DNA of 28,857 nt from Candidatus Nanohaloarchaea archaeon (lineage in GTDB: Archaea; Nanohalarchaeota; Nanosalinia; Nanosalinales; Nanosalinaceae), in contig JBDGSE010000002.1 of NCBI GenBank assembly GCA_042217695.1, positions 1-28,857 of the forward strand, read 5' to 3'. Each line of letters opens with the position of its first letter. The first letter of the stretch is position 1. The position numbers and the translations under genes were made by a program. Shown piece by piece: positions 1 to 7,748 of this stretch. The notes beneath the pieces are model-generated. The model had not been told where the DNA came from. It searched no databases and saw nothing but the letters and a program-made list of their open reading frames with translations.

Positions 1-14
1 TTGTTGTTAGACAT
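1..14 (-). CDS. 5' end of a gene running off the left edge (partial, unknown product)
   Basis: ATG at 14 (ATGTCTAACAACAA), GTGGT SD-like motif just upstream, and TTTAAA TATA-like box at ~36-41. Only a few codons are visible. Confidence 0.35.
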
Positions 15-90
15 ATTACCACTCTACAGGTAAACTTTAAATAGGTGGTGAGCCGTACCGAAAAGTATTAAAGGCGATTTTCTGCTTCCT

Positions 91-756
91 CTAGAAACCG
101 GCTAAACCGTTTTTCCGGAGGCTGTACGCCTGGTCGCCGACTATGACGTGGTCCAGCACACGGACGCCGAGTCTCTCACCCAGCTCCCGGGCCTCCCGTG
201 TGGCCTGGAGGTCTGCCTCTGTCGGCCTCGACTTCCCCGAAGGGTGGTTGTGCGCTATTATTACTGCAGCTGCCTTCGAAACTATTCCGCGTCGGAACAG
301 CTTTTTCAGGTCCATTTCCACCGAGTCGATGCCTCCCGTGTACTCCTCCTCCGTGATCAGGTGGTTCCCCGAGGACAGGTAGAACGTCCTCAGGCGCTCC
401 TCTTTCAGGAACTTCATGTCTGCGACCCGGTCCATCACGTCTGCCAGGGTCTCCAGCTTCTCCTTCTCCGATTTCTTGGTGCGGAGCGCCAGTTCTCCCA
501 CTGCCTTCAACTGACCTGATTTTACCTGTGAGATGCCTTCGAAGCCCTCCAGCTGTTCGCGTTCCACCGTCGCCAGGTCGGCCAGGGCGAAACGGTTCAG
601 TATCTCGGCGGCAAGTTCCTTCACGTTTTTTCCCGAAGTTCCAGTTCTAAGTACTATAGAGAGCAGTTCCACGTCTGAAAGATTGGAGACGCCGATATCC
701 TCCATCTTTTCACGGGGTCGCTCTCCCTGAGGCAGGTCTTTAATCCTGTAATCCAC
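91..756 (-). CDS. radC: RadC-family JAB/MPN domain protein
   Basis: N-terminal ERPREK..LSDVELL..LRTG, helix-hairpin-helix region, JAB motif HNHPSG...PTEAD and LDHVIVG; GTG start. Confidence 0.93.
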   Translation of the reverse strand: MDYRIKDLPQGERPREKMEDIGVSNLSDVELLSIVLRTGTSGKNVKELAAEILNRFALADLATVEREQLEGFEGISQVKSGQLKAVGELALRTKKSEKEKLETLADVMDRVADMKFLKEERLRTFYLSSGNHLITEEEYTGGIDSVEMDLKKLFRRGIVSKAAAVIIAHNHPSGKSRPTEADLQATREARELGERLGVRVLDHVIVGDQAYSLRKNGLAGF

Positions 757-834
757 GTTTTCCTGTTTAAATTTCTGGTATAAATAGATGGTTGCAGCGT
801 CAGAGCTAAAAGATTTCTTTCCCGAGTCAGGGGT

Positions 835-1614
835 GTGAAAGATATCCTGGAAGACCCGGTTTTTGAAGAGGCCGCGGAACTCCTGCGGGAGTACCTTTCA
901 AGGGAATACACTGTCCAGATCAACGGCCTCTGCTCTGTGAACTACCAGGGCCGGGCGAAGTCAAAGCTCGACCGGGGTGAACGTCTGGTGATCAAGAAAC
1001 AGGACTCCGCCCTTCTCGTCCATGGGCCTGAAAACTACCAGCCGAAGAACTGGCAGCCGGAGGTCGATTCCTACAGTGTTTCTGTGGACGACGACTCGGT
1101 GGTCCTGAAGGCGGAGAGAAACGATCCGGAGGAGGTCGTGGAGATACGGTTCGAGGACATCGATCTTGTAACCGTGGACCAGCTGGTGGACAAGTCCGAC
1201 CTGAAGATACGCGGCCACGAAGTGGATATACATGAATCCATCGAGGAGGACCCGGAGATAGTCGAGGAGGAACTGAAGGTCATCGAACGCGAAAGAGAGA
1301 CACCGGCAGGTTTCATCGATGTTTTCGCCCGGGACTCGGAGAACCGTTACGTTGTTATCGAGGTGAAACGCAACCCGGACTACAACACCGTTCTGCAGTT
1401 ACAGCGCTACGTGGACGAGATAGACGAGGAGTTCCAGGGTGAGGTCCGCGGGATACTTGTCGCACCCAAGATGACCCAGAAAGTTCTGAACTATCTGGAA
1501 GAACGCGACCTTGAATTCGTGGAGGTAGACATGGCCGAGGTCATCGCGTCCTATGAAGCGCTGGACCGGTCGCAGAAAGGGCTTGAGGACTTCGGCGCGA
1601 AGTACTCGACGTAA
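835..1614 (+). CDS. nucS: Mismatch-specific endonuclease NucS/EndoMS
   Basis: CSVNYQGRA..L..GERLVIKKQD..LLVH...PKNWQP; RecB-like G.IDVF...VVIEVKR and QL.RY; C-terminal PIP-box-like QKGLEDF. Confidence 0.93.
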   Translation: MKDILEDPVFEEAAELLREYLSREYTVQINGLCSVNYQGRAKSKLDRGERLVIKKQDSALLVHGPENYQPKNWQPEVDSYSVSVDDDSVVLKAERNDPEEVVEIRFEDIDLVTVDQLVDKSDLKIRGHEVDIHESIEEDPEIVEEELKVIERERETPAGFIDVFARDSENRYVVIEVKRNPDYNTVLQLQRYVDEIDEEFQGEVRGILVAPKMTQKVLNYLEERDLEFVEVDMAEVIASYEALDRSQKGLEDFGAKYST

Positions 1615-1636
1615 AAATAAAAAGAGGGAAAGTTTT

Positions 1637-1834
1637 CTAGAAGTCGTAGTGGATCCAGTACCGCTCGATCTGTTCGGCGTTCAGCCAGTGGACCTTGTCG
1701 TCCGCATCCACCTTTATGATGCCGTCTCCAAGGAACTCCGAGTTGTGCCTGTGGATCTCCGCCTCATCGCCGGAAGCGGTCCTTATCATGACTTCTCCGG
1801 TCTCCTCGACCTTCTCCTTGATCTTTTCGTACAT
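1637..1834 (-). CDS. Small acidic hypothetical protein (65 aa)
   Basis: ATG at 1834 preceded by AGGTGA SD (1840-1845); acidic composition like neighbours; T-rich tract after the stop. Confidence 0.75.
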   Translation of the reverse strand: MYEKIKEKVEETGEVMIRTASGDEAEIHRHNSEFLGDGIIKVDADDKVHWLNAEQIERYWIHYDF

Positions 1835-1898
1835 AGAATTCACCTGTAGAACTGTTTCTCACGAAGAGTCAAAAAGCTGTGCCGATATTCCCTGAAAC

Positions 1899-3869
1899 AT
1901 GTGTGGGATCGCGGGCGGAGAGAAAACTGAAGAATTGCTCGAACATCTACAGCACCGCGGAGTTTCTTCAGCTGTGGAGAAAGAAGGGTTCCCGCTGGGC
2001 CACATCCTTCACCCCGTTGTCGGAGAGGTCGAACAACCTCTCCAGGGCGCGGGAACACTGGTGGCGAACTGCGAGATATACAACTGGAGGGAACTCGCCT
2101 CCGAGTACGGGTTCGATGTAAGAAACGATGCCGAACTCCTGCTGGAGATGCTGGATGAAAAAGGCGTGGACGCTCTGGAGGAACTGGACGGCATATACGC
2201 CCTTGCGTACCGGCGCGACGGCGAATTAATCCTTGCTAGAGACCTCCTCGGGGTGAACCCGGTATGGTTTTCCGAGGAGCCGTTTGCTTTCGCCTCCGAA
2301 AAACAGGCGCTCGAAAAGCAGGGGATGGAGGCCCGTGAACTTCATCCCCGCCAGGTACTGAAGTACGATACCGGGACCGGGGAACGGGAGTTTGAAAGGA
2401 GAGACTTCTTCGAGGTCAGTGTCGAAGACAGGGGGCTTGAGGAGACCGCGGAAGAGATAAAGGATCTGTTCCTGGAGGCGGTGGATAAACGGGTCCCGGA
2501 TGGAGAGCTCGCCCTGCTGTTCTCCGGCGGCGTCGACTCCACCATGGTGGCGGCCGCACTGCAGGAACTCGGGAAGGACTTCACGGCCTACACCGCAGGG
2601 ATACAGCATGGTAACGTTAACGCCCCGAGAGACGTGGAGTGGGCTGAAAAAGTCGCTGAACAGATGGATATAGAGCTCCGGGTCCACGAGTCAGACCTCG
2701 AGGAGGTCGAGTCCTCACTTGAAGATATCACGGGCTGGATCTCTTCCACCAGCGTAGTAAAAAACGGGGTTGCGCTGCCTTTCCATCACGCACTGATGCG
2801 AAACCCGGAGGTTTCCAGCAGCTCCGGAAACTCTGAAAGTGTTTCATCGCGGGGAGACGAAAAGGTGGTTCTCTCGGGCCTGGGCTCGGAACAGCTCTAC
2901 GCCGGTTACGCCCGTATGCAGAACTACCTGAACAGGGAATGTATCTCCGGTTTAAGGTCTCTGTTCCACCGCGACCTCTACCGCGACAACGTCATCTCGT
3001 TCCGGAACGGCTACGAACTCCGGCTGCCGTTCCTCGACCAGTCCCTTGTAAAACATGCGTTGACCGTCCCGGAAGATCACAAGGTTAGGGACGACTACCG
3101 TAAATACGTGTTGAGAAAAGCGGCGGAAAAGCTTGGTGTCCCGGAGGAAGTGGCCTGGAGGAAGAAGACCGCGGCCCAGTACGGCAGCAATTTCGACAAG
3201 GCCATCGACCGGCTGGCAAAGGATGCTGGGTACAGCCACAAGCAGGAGTACCTGAACTCTTTCTACTCCCGGCCCAACAACAAACTGGTCGCGTTGAGCT
3301 CCGGCGGCAAGGACTCGAACGCCGCCCTTTATCGTGTGAAACGCAGGAACAACGAGATCTCATGTATACTTAACATGAGGAGCGAGAACCCTGACAGCTA
3401 CATGTTCGATTCGAGGGAGTCGCAGACGGTGAGAAAACAGGCGGAGGAACTCGGCGTCCCGCTCATCACGCAGGAGACCGCGGGCGAGAAAGAGAAAGAG
3501 CTGGAAGACCTTGAATCAGGGTTGAGAAGGGCCGTGAACCGTTTCGATGTTGAAGGGGTTGTCGCCGGTGCGCTTGCCTCCACATACCAGCGTGACCGCG
3601 TGGAAAAAGTCGCGGAGCGCGTGGGGCTGAAAGTGTTCGCTCCACTCTGGCAGGAGGACCAGGAACGTTACATACGCTGGTTGATCCGGGAGGGCTTCGA
3701 GATAGAGATAACAGAGGTCGCGGCAAGAGGGCTCGACGAGTCCTGGGAGGGAAAAATCCTCGATGAAGGTTCTGTCGAGGAACTTATCGAGCTTTCCAGA
3801 GAATACGGTTTCAACGCGGCAGGTGAGGGAGGAGAGTATGAGACCCGGGTAACCGGGTTCCCCTCCTAG
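1899..3869 (+). CDS. asnB: Asparagine synthetase (glutamine-hydrolysing) fused to C-terminal diphthine-ammonia ligase (Dph6/DUF71) domain
   Basis: Ntn MCGI start, HRG, NCEIYN, ARD.LGVNP, SGGVDS, SGLGSEQLYAGY, LRLPFLD, KYVLR, WRKKTAAQYGS; then second PP-loop SGGKDS, SYMF and GEGGEYET typical of Dph6. Confidence 0.92.
   Translation: MCGIAGGEKTEELLEHLQHRGVSSAVEKEGFPLGHILHPVVGEVEQPLQGAGTLVANCEIYNWRELASEYGFDVRNDAELLLEMLDEKGVDALEELDGIYALAYRRDGELILARDLLGVNPVWFSEEPFAFASEKQALEKQGMEARELHPRQVLKYDTGTGEREFERRDFFEVSVEDRGLEETAEEIKDLFLEAVDKRVPDGELALLFSGGVDSTMVAAALQELGKDFTAYTAGIQHGNVNAPRDVEWAEKVAEQMDIELRVHESDLEEVESSLEDITGWISSTSVVKNGVALPFHHALMRNPEVSSSSGNSESVSSRGDEKVVLSGLGSEQLYAGYARMQNYLNRECISGLRSLFHRDLYRDNVISFRNGYELRLPFLDQSLVKHALTVPEDHKVRDDYRKYVLRKAAEKLGVPEEVAWRKKTAAQYGSNFDKAIDRLAKDAGYSHKQEYLNSFYSRPNNKLVALSSGGKDSNAALYRVKRRNNEISCILNMRSENPDSYMFDSRESQTVRKQAEELGVPLITQETAGEKEKELEDLESGLRRAVNRFDVEGVVAGALASTYQRDRVEKVAERVGLKVFAPLWQEDQERYIRWLIREGFEIEITEVAARGLDESWEGKILDEGSVEELIELSREYGFNAAGEGGEYETRVTGFPS
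2795..2848. repeat. 54-bp four-block palindromic element inserted in-frame in asnB
   Basis: GATG-C-GAAACC cgga GGTTTC-N11-GAAAC tctgaaagt GTTTC-ATC; same architecture as 9620-9670 and 24969-25016. Confidence 0.7.
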
Positions 3870-4186
3870 AGCACCTCGAACTGTCTCAGCAGCCCGGTTA
3901 AACCGACGAATATCAGCAGTATGCCTCCGAGCTGCGGTATCACTGAGTAGAGGCGAGGCCATACGAACGGCAGGTGGTACTGGACCACCGCGAGATCCAT
4001 GACCTCGGATACCGCTATGAGGAAGAGTCCCACGACTGAAAGCGTGGAGAACTCTCTTATCGCCCCGCCGACCTCTGATTCAAGGGACTGGTGAATCCTC
4101 CACTGTTTCGCAAGGAAGTAGACCACGACTCCGATAACGGCGAACTGCATGACCCAGTCGACCGGCAGGTAACCTACTGCACTCAT
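3866..4186 (-). CDS. Small 3-TM membrane protein
   Basis: Three hydrophobic segments; start overlaps the upstream stop; convergent CTAG stop overlap with asnB. Confidence 0.75.
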   Translation of the reverse strand: MSAVGYLPVDWVMQFAVIGVVVYFLAKQWRIHQSLESEVGGAIREFSTLSVVGLFLIAVSEVMDLAVVQYHLPFVWPRLYSVIPQLGGILLIFVGLTGLLRQFEVL

Positions 4187-4506
4187 TCTATATCACCGAA
4201 CCTCCTGAAGTATTTCTGGGTCGCCCAGAACAGCATCACGTATCCGAAGAGTTCAAAGCTGGCGACCATCGTCCTCAGGGACGGTGAGTACATGATGGGC
4301 TGGAAGATGTGGTACACTGCATGGAGTGTATGGGCGAACTGCGCCACGGTCAGGAACACGACTCCTATGAACGCCGAGGTGAATACGTGATCGGCTCCCA
4401 GCTGCCTCCACGACTTGAAGAGAGCGTAGCTCATTGCGAGAGTTACCAGGGCCAGCAGCATCGAACCAGGGATGCACAGACACGTGAGCGGAAGCAGTGC
4501 TACCAT
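4183..4506 (-). CDS. Small 3-TM membrane protein (His-rich second helix)
   Basis: Three hydrophobic segments with HTLHAVYH; overlapping starts and stops with neighbours; AGGGG SD-like motif. Confidence 0.75.
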   Translation of the reverse strand: MVALLPLTCLCIPGSMLLALVTLAMSYALFKSWRQLGADHVFTSAFIGVVFLTVAQFAHTLHAVYHIFQPIMYSPSLRTMVASFELFGYVMLFWATQKYFRRFGDIE

Positions 4507-4925
4507 ACCCCTCTTTCACCCCGGTAGTATCCTGCTGCGAGCCCAAGCAGCATCCAGCCTCCAACGGCGTAGTACATCGTCGTGGTGGACAGCACCGCCG
4601 TCACCTTGGCCAGCGCCAGGAACTTCAGGACGGAGTAGGTGAAACCTCCGGCTATGAACCCTATCGAGGGTATCATCACCGCCTTTTCTGGCCACATCGG
4701 TATATCCCAGAAGAAACCGAAGGAGAGGAATCCTCCGACCACTATCCAGATGAATGCCCACCAGGACGCCGTCTGTATGTTGCTGAGAGGTATCTTGCCT
4801 TCCACCGTCTTCTGGCTGTAGGTGCTTTCCTGCTTGGCGGGCAGGTCGTGAGCAAACCAGCCGTAGAGACCTACCAGCGTACTTACCAGCACGAAGACCG
4901 TGACGACCTTGTAAAGATTTTTCAC
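4500..4925 (-). CDS. Membrane protein, C-terminal half resembling an EamA/DMT repeat
   Basis: About four TM helices; YSVLKFLALAKVTAVLSTT..YAVGGWMLL resembles the DMT signature; TTTAAAAA box ~25 nt upstream of the GTG. Confidence 0.6.
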   Translation of the reverse strand: MKNLYKVVTVFVLVSTLVGLYGWFAHDLPAKQESTYSQKTVEGKIPLSNIQTASWWAFIWIVVGGFLSFGFFWDIPMWPEKAVMIPSIGFIAGGFTYSVLKFLALAKVTAVLSTTTMYYAVGGWMLLGLAAGYYRGERGVW

Positions 4926-4961
4926 ATACTCAGTTTTTCAGACTCCTTTTTAAACCGTAGT

Positions 4962-4994
4962 TGACTGGGAAGTAACCTGGTTACCGGACAGTCA
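4962..4994. promoter_or_regulatory. 33-bp dyad-symmetric site upstream of the membrane-protein operon TATA box
   Basis: TGACTG-ggaa-GTAACC-t-GGTTAC-cgga-CAGTCA; could be an operator or a terminator hairpin. Confidence 0.4.
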
Positions 4995-5690
4995 GGTCGC
5001 ATCCTCCTCCCAGCCCTCTGTCACGATGCGTTCTTCTTCGACACCCCTGTCTTTCAGTAACTCTTCGGCGTCCACCACGGCCTGGGGCACACCACAGACG
5101 TAGAATATCCTGTCATCAAACGAGTCGAGCACTTCGGGAAGATGTTCCTGTATGTGGCCCTCTCTCCCCGACCAGGATTCATCGCTCAGCGAGTACACGA
5201 CCTCGAGTTCCGGGTGCTCCGCCTCGAGCTGGTCCAGGGTCTCCTGGAAGAGCAGGTGTTCTCGTGTCTTCTCCCCGTGGAAATACCAGGCCTTCCCGGA
5301 GCCATTCTCCAGGTAGTCTTTCAGCATCACGAACATCGGGGTGGCTCCCGTGCCTGTGGATATGAAAACTGCGTCTCTGTCGTAGTCGCGGATGTAGAGG
5401 TTGCCCTCTGGTTCCTCCACCTCGACCTCATCGCCGATTTCGCGGTCGTGCATCCAGACAGAGGCATTCCCGTCCTCGTACCTTTTTATGGCGAGAGTGA
5501 ACCTGTCCTCGCCGGGCAGGTTCGTCGGTGTGTACGGCCGGACAACTTCCTCCCCGTCTTTATCGAACCTTATGTGGGTGTGCTGACCCGGTTTGAAATC
5601 CCATTCATCGTTCTCCAGCCGGAGCAGGAACTGTTTTACCTCGGGCGTTATCTTTCTCCAGGATTCAAGTGTTGCGGTGTCCCAGGACAT
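4992..5690 (-). CDS. FAD/NAD(P)-binding oxidoreductase, ferredoxin-NADP reductase family
   Basis: FKPGQH, RPYT, IKRYEDG.AS.WMH, TGTGATPM and YVCG motifs. Confidence 0.92.
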   Translation of the reverse strand: MSWDTATLESWRKITPEVKQFLLRLENDEWDFKPGQHTHIRFDKDGEEVVRPYTPTNLPGEDRFTLAIKRYEDGNASVWMHDREIGDEVEVEEPEGNLYIRDYDRDAVFISTGTGATPMFVMLKDYLENGSGKAWYFHGEKTREHLLFQETLDQLEAEHPELEVVYSLSDESWSGREGHIQEHLPEVLDSFDDRIFYVCGVPQAVVDAEELLKDRGVEEERIVTEGWEEDAT

Positions 5691-5728
5691 GTATTGGAAT
5701 TAAATACTACATTTATCCATCTTTTGGC

Positions 5729-6208
5729 TCAGACCAGAAGGGCCACGAGGAATGCCACGAGTATCGAACCGGTCAGCAGCGCCTGGAACAGCCCCGAGGC
5801 CAGAACTCCCGCGGTTCCGTACACCGCTGCCTTTACACTGGATTCGTGCTCTCCCGTCCTCAGGTACTCCCGGATGAATACGGTCCCGGCGATACCGATC
5901 AGAAGCCCTGCAGGACCTGAAACAAGCATCAACAGGAAACCGGCGATAGCGGCCATCGCTGTCGTCCGGGTCGAGGCACCTCCCTGCTTCGCGGCTATCG
6001 CACCGCCGAACCAGTCCACCAGCAACGCCAGCACACCGATTCCCAGGGTTCCCGCGAGGAAAAATATTCCCGGGCGGGTAAAACCGGTGCTCCACCAGTA
6101 AAGCAGTATCCCGAGTATCGAGAAAGCGGCACCCGGCGCCATCGGCGTGAAACTGCCGATAACTCCCAAGACCAACAGGGCAACAGCCAACAGTATAAAC
6201 AGGTTCAT
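5729..6208 (-). CDS. DUF456 family membrane protein
   Basis: G..GSF.P..PG, D.....I.AK.GGAS, GP.GLL.G..G.VF..EY pattern. Confidence 0.85.
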   Translation of the reverse strand: MNLFILLAVALLVLGVIGSFTPMAPGAAFSILGILLYWWSTGFTRPGIFFLAGTLGIGVLALLVDWFGGAIAAKQGGASTRTTAMAAIAGFLLMLVSGPAGLLIGIAGTVFIREYLRTGEHESSVKAAVYGTAGVLASGLFQALLTGSILVAFLVALLV

Positions 6209-6250
6209 GTTATGAAAAGCCCGGTCCAGTATTAAATCAGTGATGAATTC

Positions 6251-6279
6251 AGAAAAGAGAGGGTTCGGTTTGAACCCTC
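6251..6279 (-). terminator. Hairpin plus pyrimidine tract downstream of tRNA-Lys
   Basis: Minus strand GAGGGTTC-aaacc-GAACCCTC followed by TCTTTTCT. Confidence 0.5.
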
Positions 6280-6304
6280 AGATACTGTCAACTGCTATGG
6301 CAGT

Positions 6305-6498
6305 TGGGCCAGACGGGATTTGAACCCGCGACCACTTGGTAACTCTTCTGGACGCCTCTGACTTGAAGGCCATGCTGTTCGCATGGTGTCTTGCCGACCT
6401 CTATGAGGTCTTCTGCTCCAGAAAACCGTTTCCGGTTTTCGTAGGATGGGCGTAACCAGTTAAGAGCCAAGCGCTCTGCCAGACTGAGCTACCGGCCC
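6305..6498 (-). tRNA. tRNA-Lys(CUU) with 120-nt intron at position 37/38 (exon 1 6498-6461, intron 6460-6341, exon 2 6340-6305)
   Basis: GGGCCGG acceptor pairs with CTGGCCC; D-arm GCTC..GAGC; anticodon stem CTTGG/CCAAG with CT-CTT-A^A loop; T-arm GCGGG TTCAAAT CCCGT; relaxed bulge-helix-bulge (CTCT/AGAG) at the junctions; CCA not encoded. Confidence 0.93.
6420..6443. repeat. CGAAAACC-N-GGTTTTCT hairpin inside the tRNA intron
   Basis: Minus strand TACGAAAACCG gaaa CGGTTTTCT; nearly identical to 6523-6545. Confidence 0.75.
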
Positions 6499-6562
6499 TT
6501 GTAGTCGGGCTGCCGCTCATGTAGAAAACCGTTGCGGTTTTCGTACTGAGCTACCGGCCCTT
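6483..6562. repeat. 18-bp direct repeat of the tRNA 5' end (6483-6500 and 6545-6562) flanking a 44-bp hairpin-containing insert
   Basis: ACTGAGCTACCGGCCCTT occurs twice; the spacer contains AGAAAACCGttgCGGTTTTCGT. Confidence 0.88.
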
Positions 6563-6590
6563 CGCTGTGTTTTACTCAGGGTGAAAAACC

Positions 6591-6600
6591 TTTTTATAAA
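6591..6600 (-). promoter_or_regulatory. TATA box for the tRNA-Lys transcript
   Basis: TTTATAAAAA on the minus strand, ~30-40 nt upstream of the duplicated tRNA 5' copy. Confidence 0.6.
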
Positions 6601-6622
6601 AAAGGAAAAAGGCTGCAGAGGA

Positions 6623-7087
6623 TTATTCCTCTCTCACCACTACTGTGCCTGCCAGCCTGTCAAAAAGCCGCTGTCTTCGGTCGCTCGCTGCCATTGATAG
6701 CAGGGCGACCAGGTAGGCGATCCAGCTGTATGCTGCCACTCCGGGCAAGTTCCTTATAAGTGCGGAAACAGTGTCCAGGGTCTCTCCATCTTCCTGGACT
6801 ACTTTTATACCCAGGATCCGTTTCCCAATGGTCTGGCCATCCCATATCGCCTCCAGGATAAAGCTGTATCCTACAAGTGCTGCGGTCGCGATTAACAGCC
6901 CGATACCGGTGAATAATCCTGCTATAGCACTTTCCGAGCCTCCAGCTGCAGCACCGATTCCGGCGAAAATGAAGATGGTTATAAAGGAGATGAATCCTAT
7001 GAGGAGCAGGTCGATTATCTGTGCGCCTACCCTTGAACCGATCACATCGGTGTCCTGTCTCTCAGGCGGTCCACTGTAACCTGCCAT
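6623..7087 (-). CDS. RDD family membrane protein
   Basis: R..AQIID, GQTIGKRILGIKVV, RN, RQRLFDRLAGTVVV. Confidence 0.92.
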   Translation of the reverse strand: MAGYSGPPERQDTDVIGSRVGAQIIDLLLIGFISFITIFIFAGIGAAAGGSESAIAGLFTGIGLLIATAALVGYSFILEAIWDGQTIGKRILGIKVVQEDGETLDTVSALIRNLPGVAAYSWIAYLVALLSMAASDRRQRLFDRLAGTVVVREE

Positions 7088-7144
7088 GTACACTGTTTTA
7101 GACAGTTTTTCTAAAAAACCGTTCTTACAGGTTATATGGTTCTG

Positions 7145-7699
7145 TTAATCCAGAAGCTCGGTCTTCCGGACCTCCAGTTCCCGGAACGGATATATCTCGT
7201 TCGCAAGGTCTCTCATCTCCTTCTGGAGTTCGTCCATGAAGATGTTCTCCATGAACTCCTGGTAGGCCTGTTCCGAAGCGCGCTCATCTATAAGGTCGGA
7301 GAGCTCGTGTCGGACAGAACTCAGTGTTTCGCTGGAGGTCTTCCTGAGAGTTGCGCCGACCAGTTTTACCCTCACCGTTCTACCGTCATCGGTCTCGGTG
7401 TCGTGTACCAGGTCGAACCTGTCGGAGCGTTTCCTGACTATCCGGGAGACAAATTCCGAGGAGCAGGACATCCCCCGTATCTCGGAGAAGGCTTTGTTGC
7501 CCTCGACCTCTGTTACCTGGAGTTCGACGTCTACATAGTATTTGCTTGCGCCGTCCATGAGTTCGTCAAGTCCTTCCTTGACAGTTCTTCCTACAACCTG
7601 GGACTCCCTCTCTGCAGGTGTTTCTGCTATGGTGTCCACCGAGAATATGTCCGGTGCCTGTATCTCATACCAGTTTTTCTGGATAAGTGCCTTGGCCAT
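7145..7699 (-). CDS. rps3ae: 30S ribosomal protein S3Ae (eS1)
   Basis: K.WYEIQAP..F, ETPA....VVGR, IYPFRELEVRKTE; conserved position downstream of rps15-GAN. Confidence 0.95.
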   Translation of the reverse strand: MAKALIQKNWYEIQAPDIFSVDTIAETPAERESQVVGRTVKEGLDELMDGASKYYVDVELQVTEVEGNKAFSEIRGMSCSSEFVSRIVRKRSDRFDLVHDTETDDGRTVRVKLVGATLRKTSSETLSSVRHELSDLIDERASEQAYQEFMENIFMDELQKEMRDLANEIYPFRELEVRKTELLD

Positions 7700-7748
7700 A
7701 GTCTTCCTCGGGGGTTAAAACTTTATAAACGGTGTTCCCGGTCCTGCT

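Noticed and set aside
2793..2845. CTGATG...GAAAC resembling a hammerhead ribozyme core
   Set aside because: The core requires CUGANGA, but the sequence is CTGATGC; the helix arrangement does not fit, and the other repeat copies lack it.
2789..2851. BHB-like junction around the asnB insert (possible mRNA intron)
   Set aside because: The 3-nt bulge and 4-bp helix have the correct geometry only on the antisense strand, and the inner helix is 1 bp.
5142..6101. Long antisense ORFs (also 7136-7789, 19291-20046, 23114-23857 and others)
   Set aside because: They lie opposite clearly identified genes and lack the acidic composition and motifs of real proteins here.
6238..6287. TGATGA box suggesting a C/D sRNA
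   Set aside because: No matching CTGA D box on that strand; the hairpin is better explained as the tRNA terminator.
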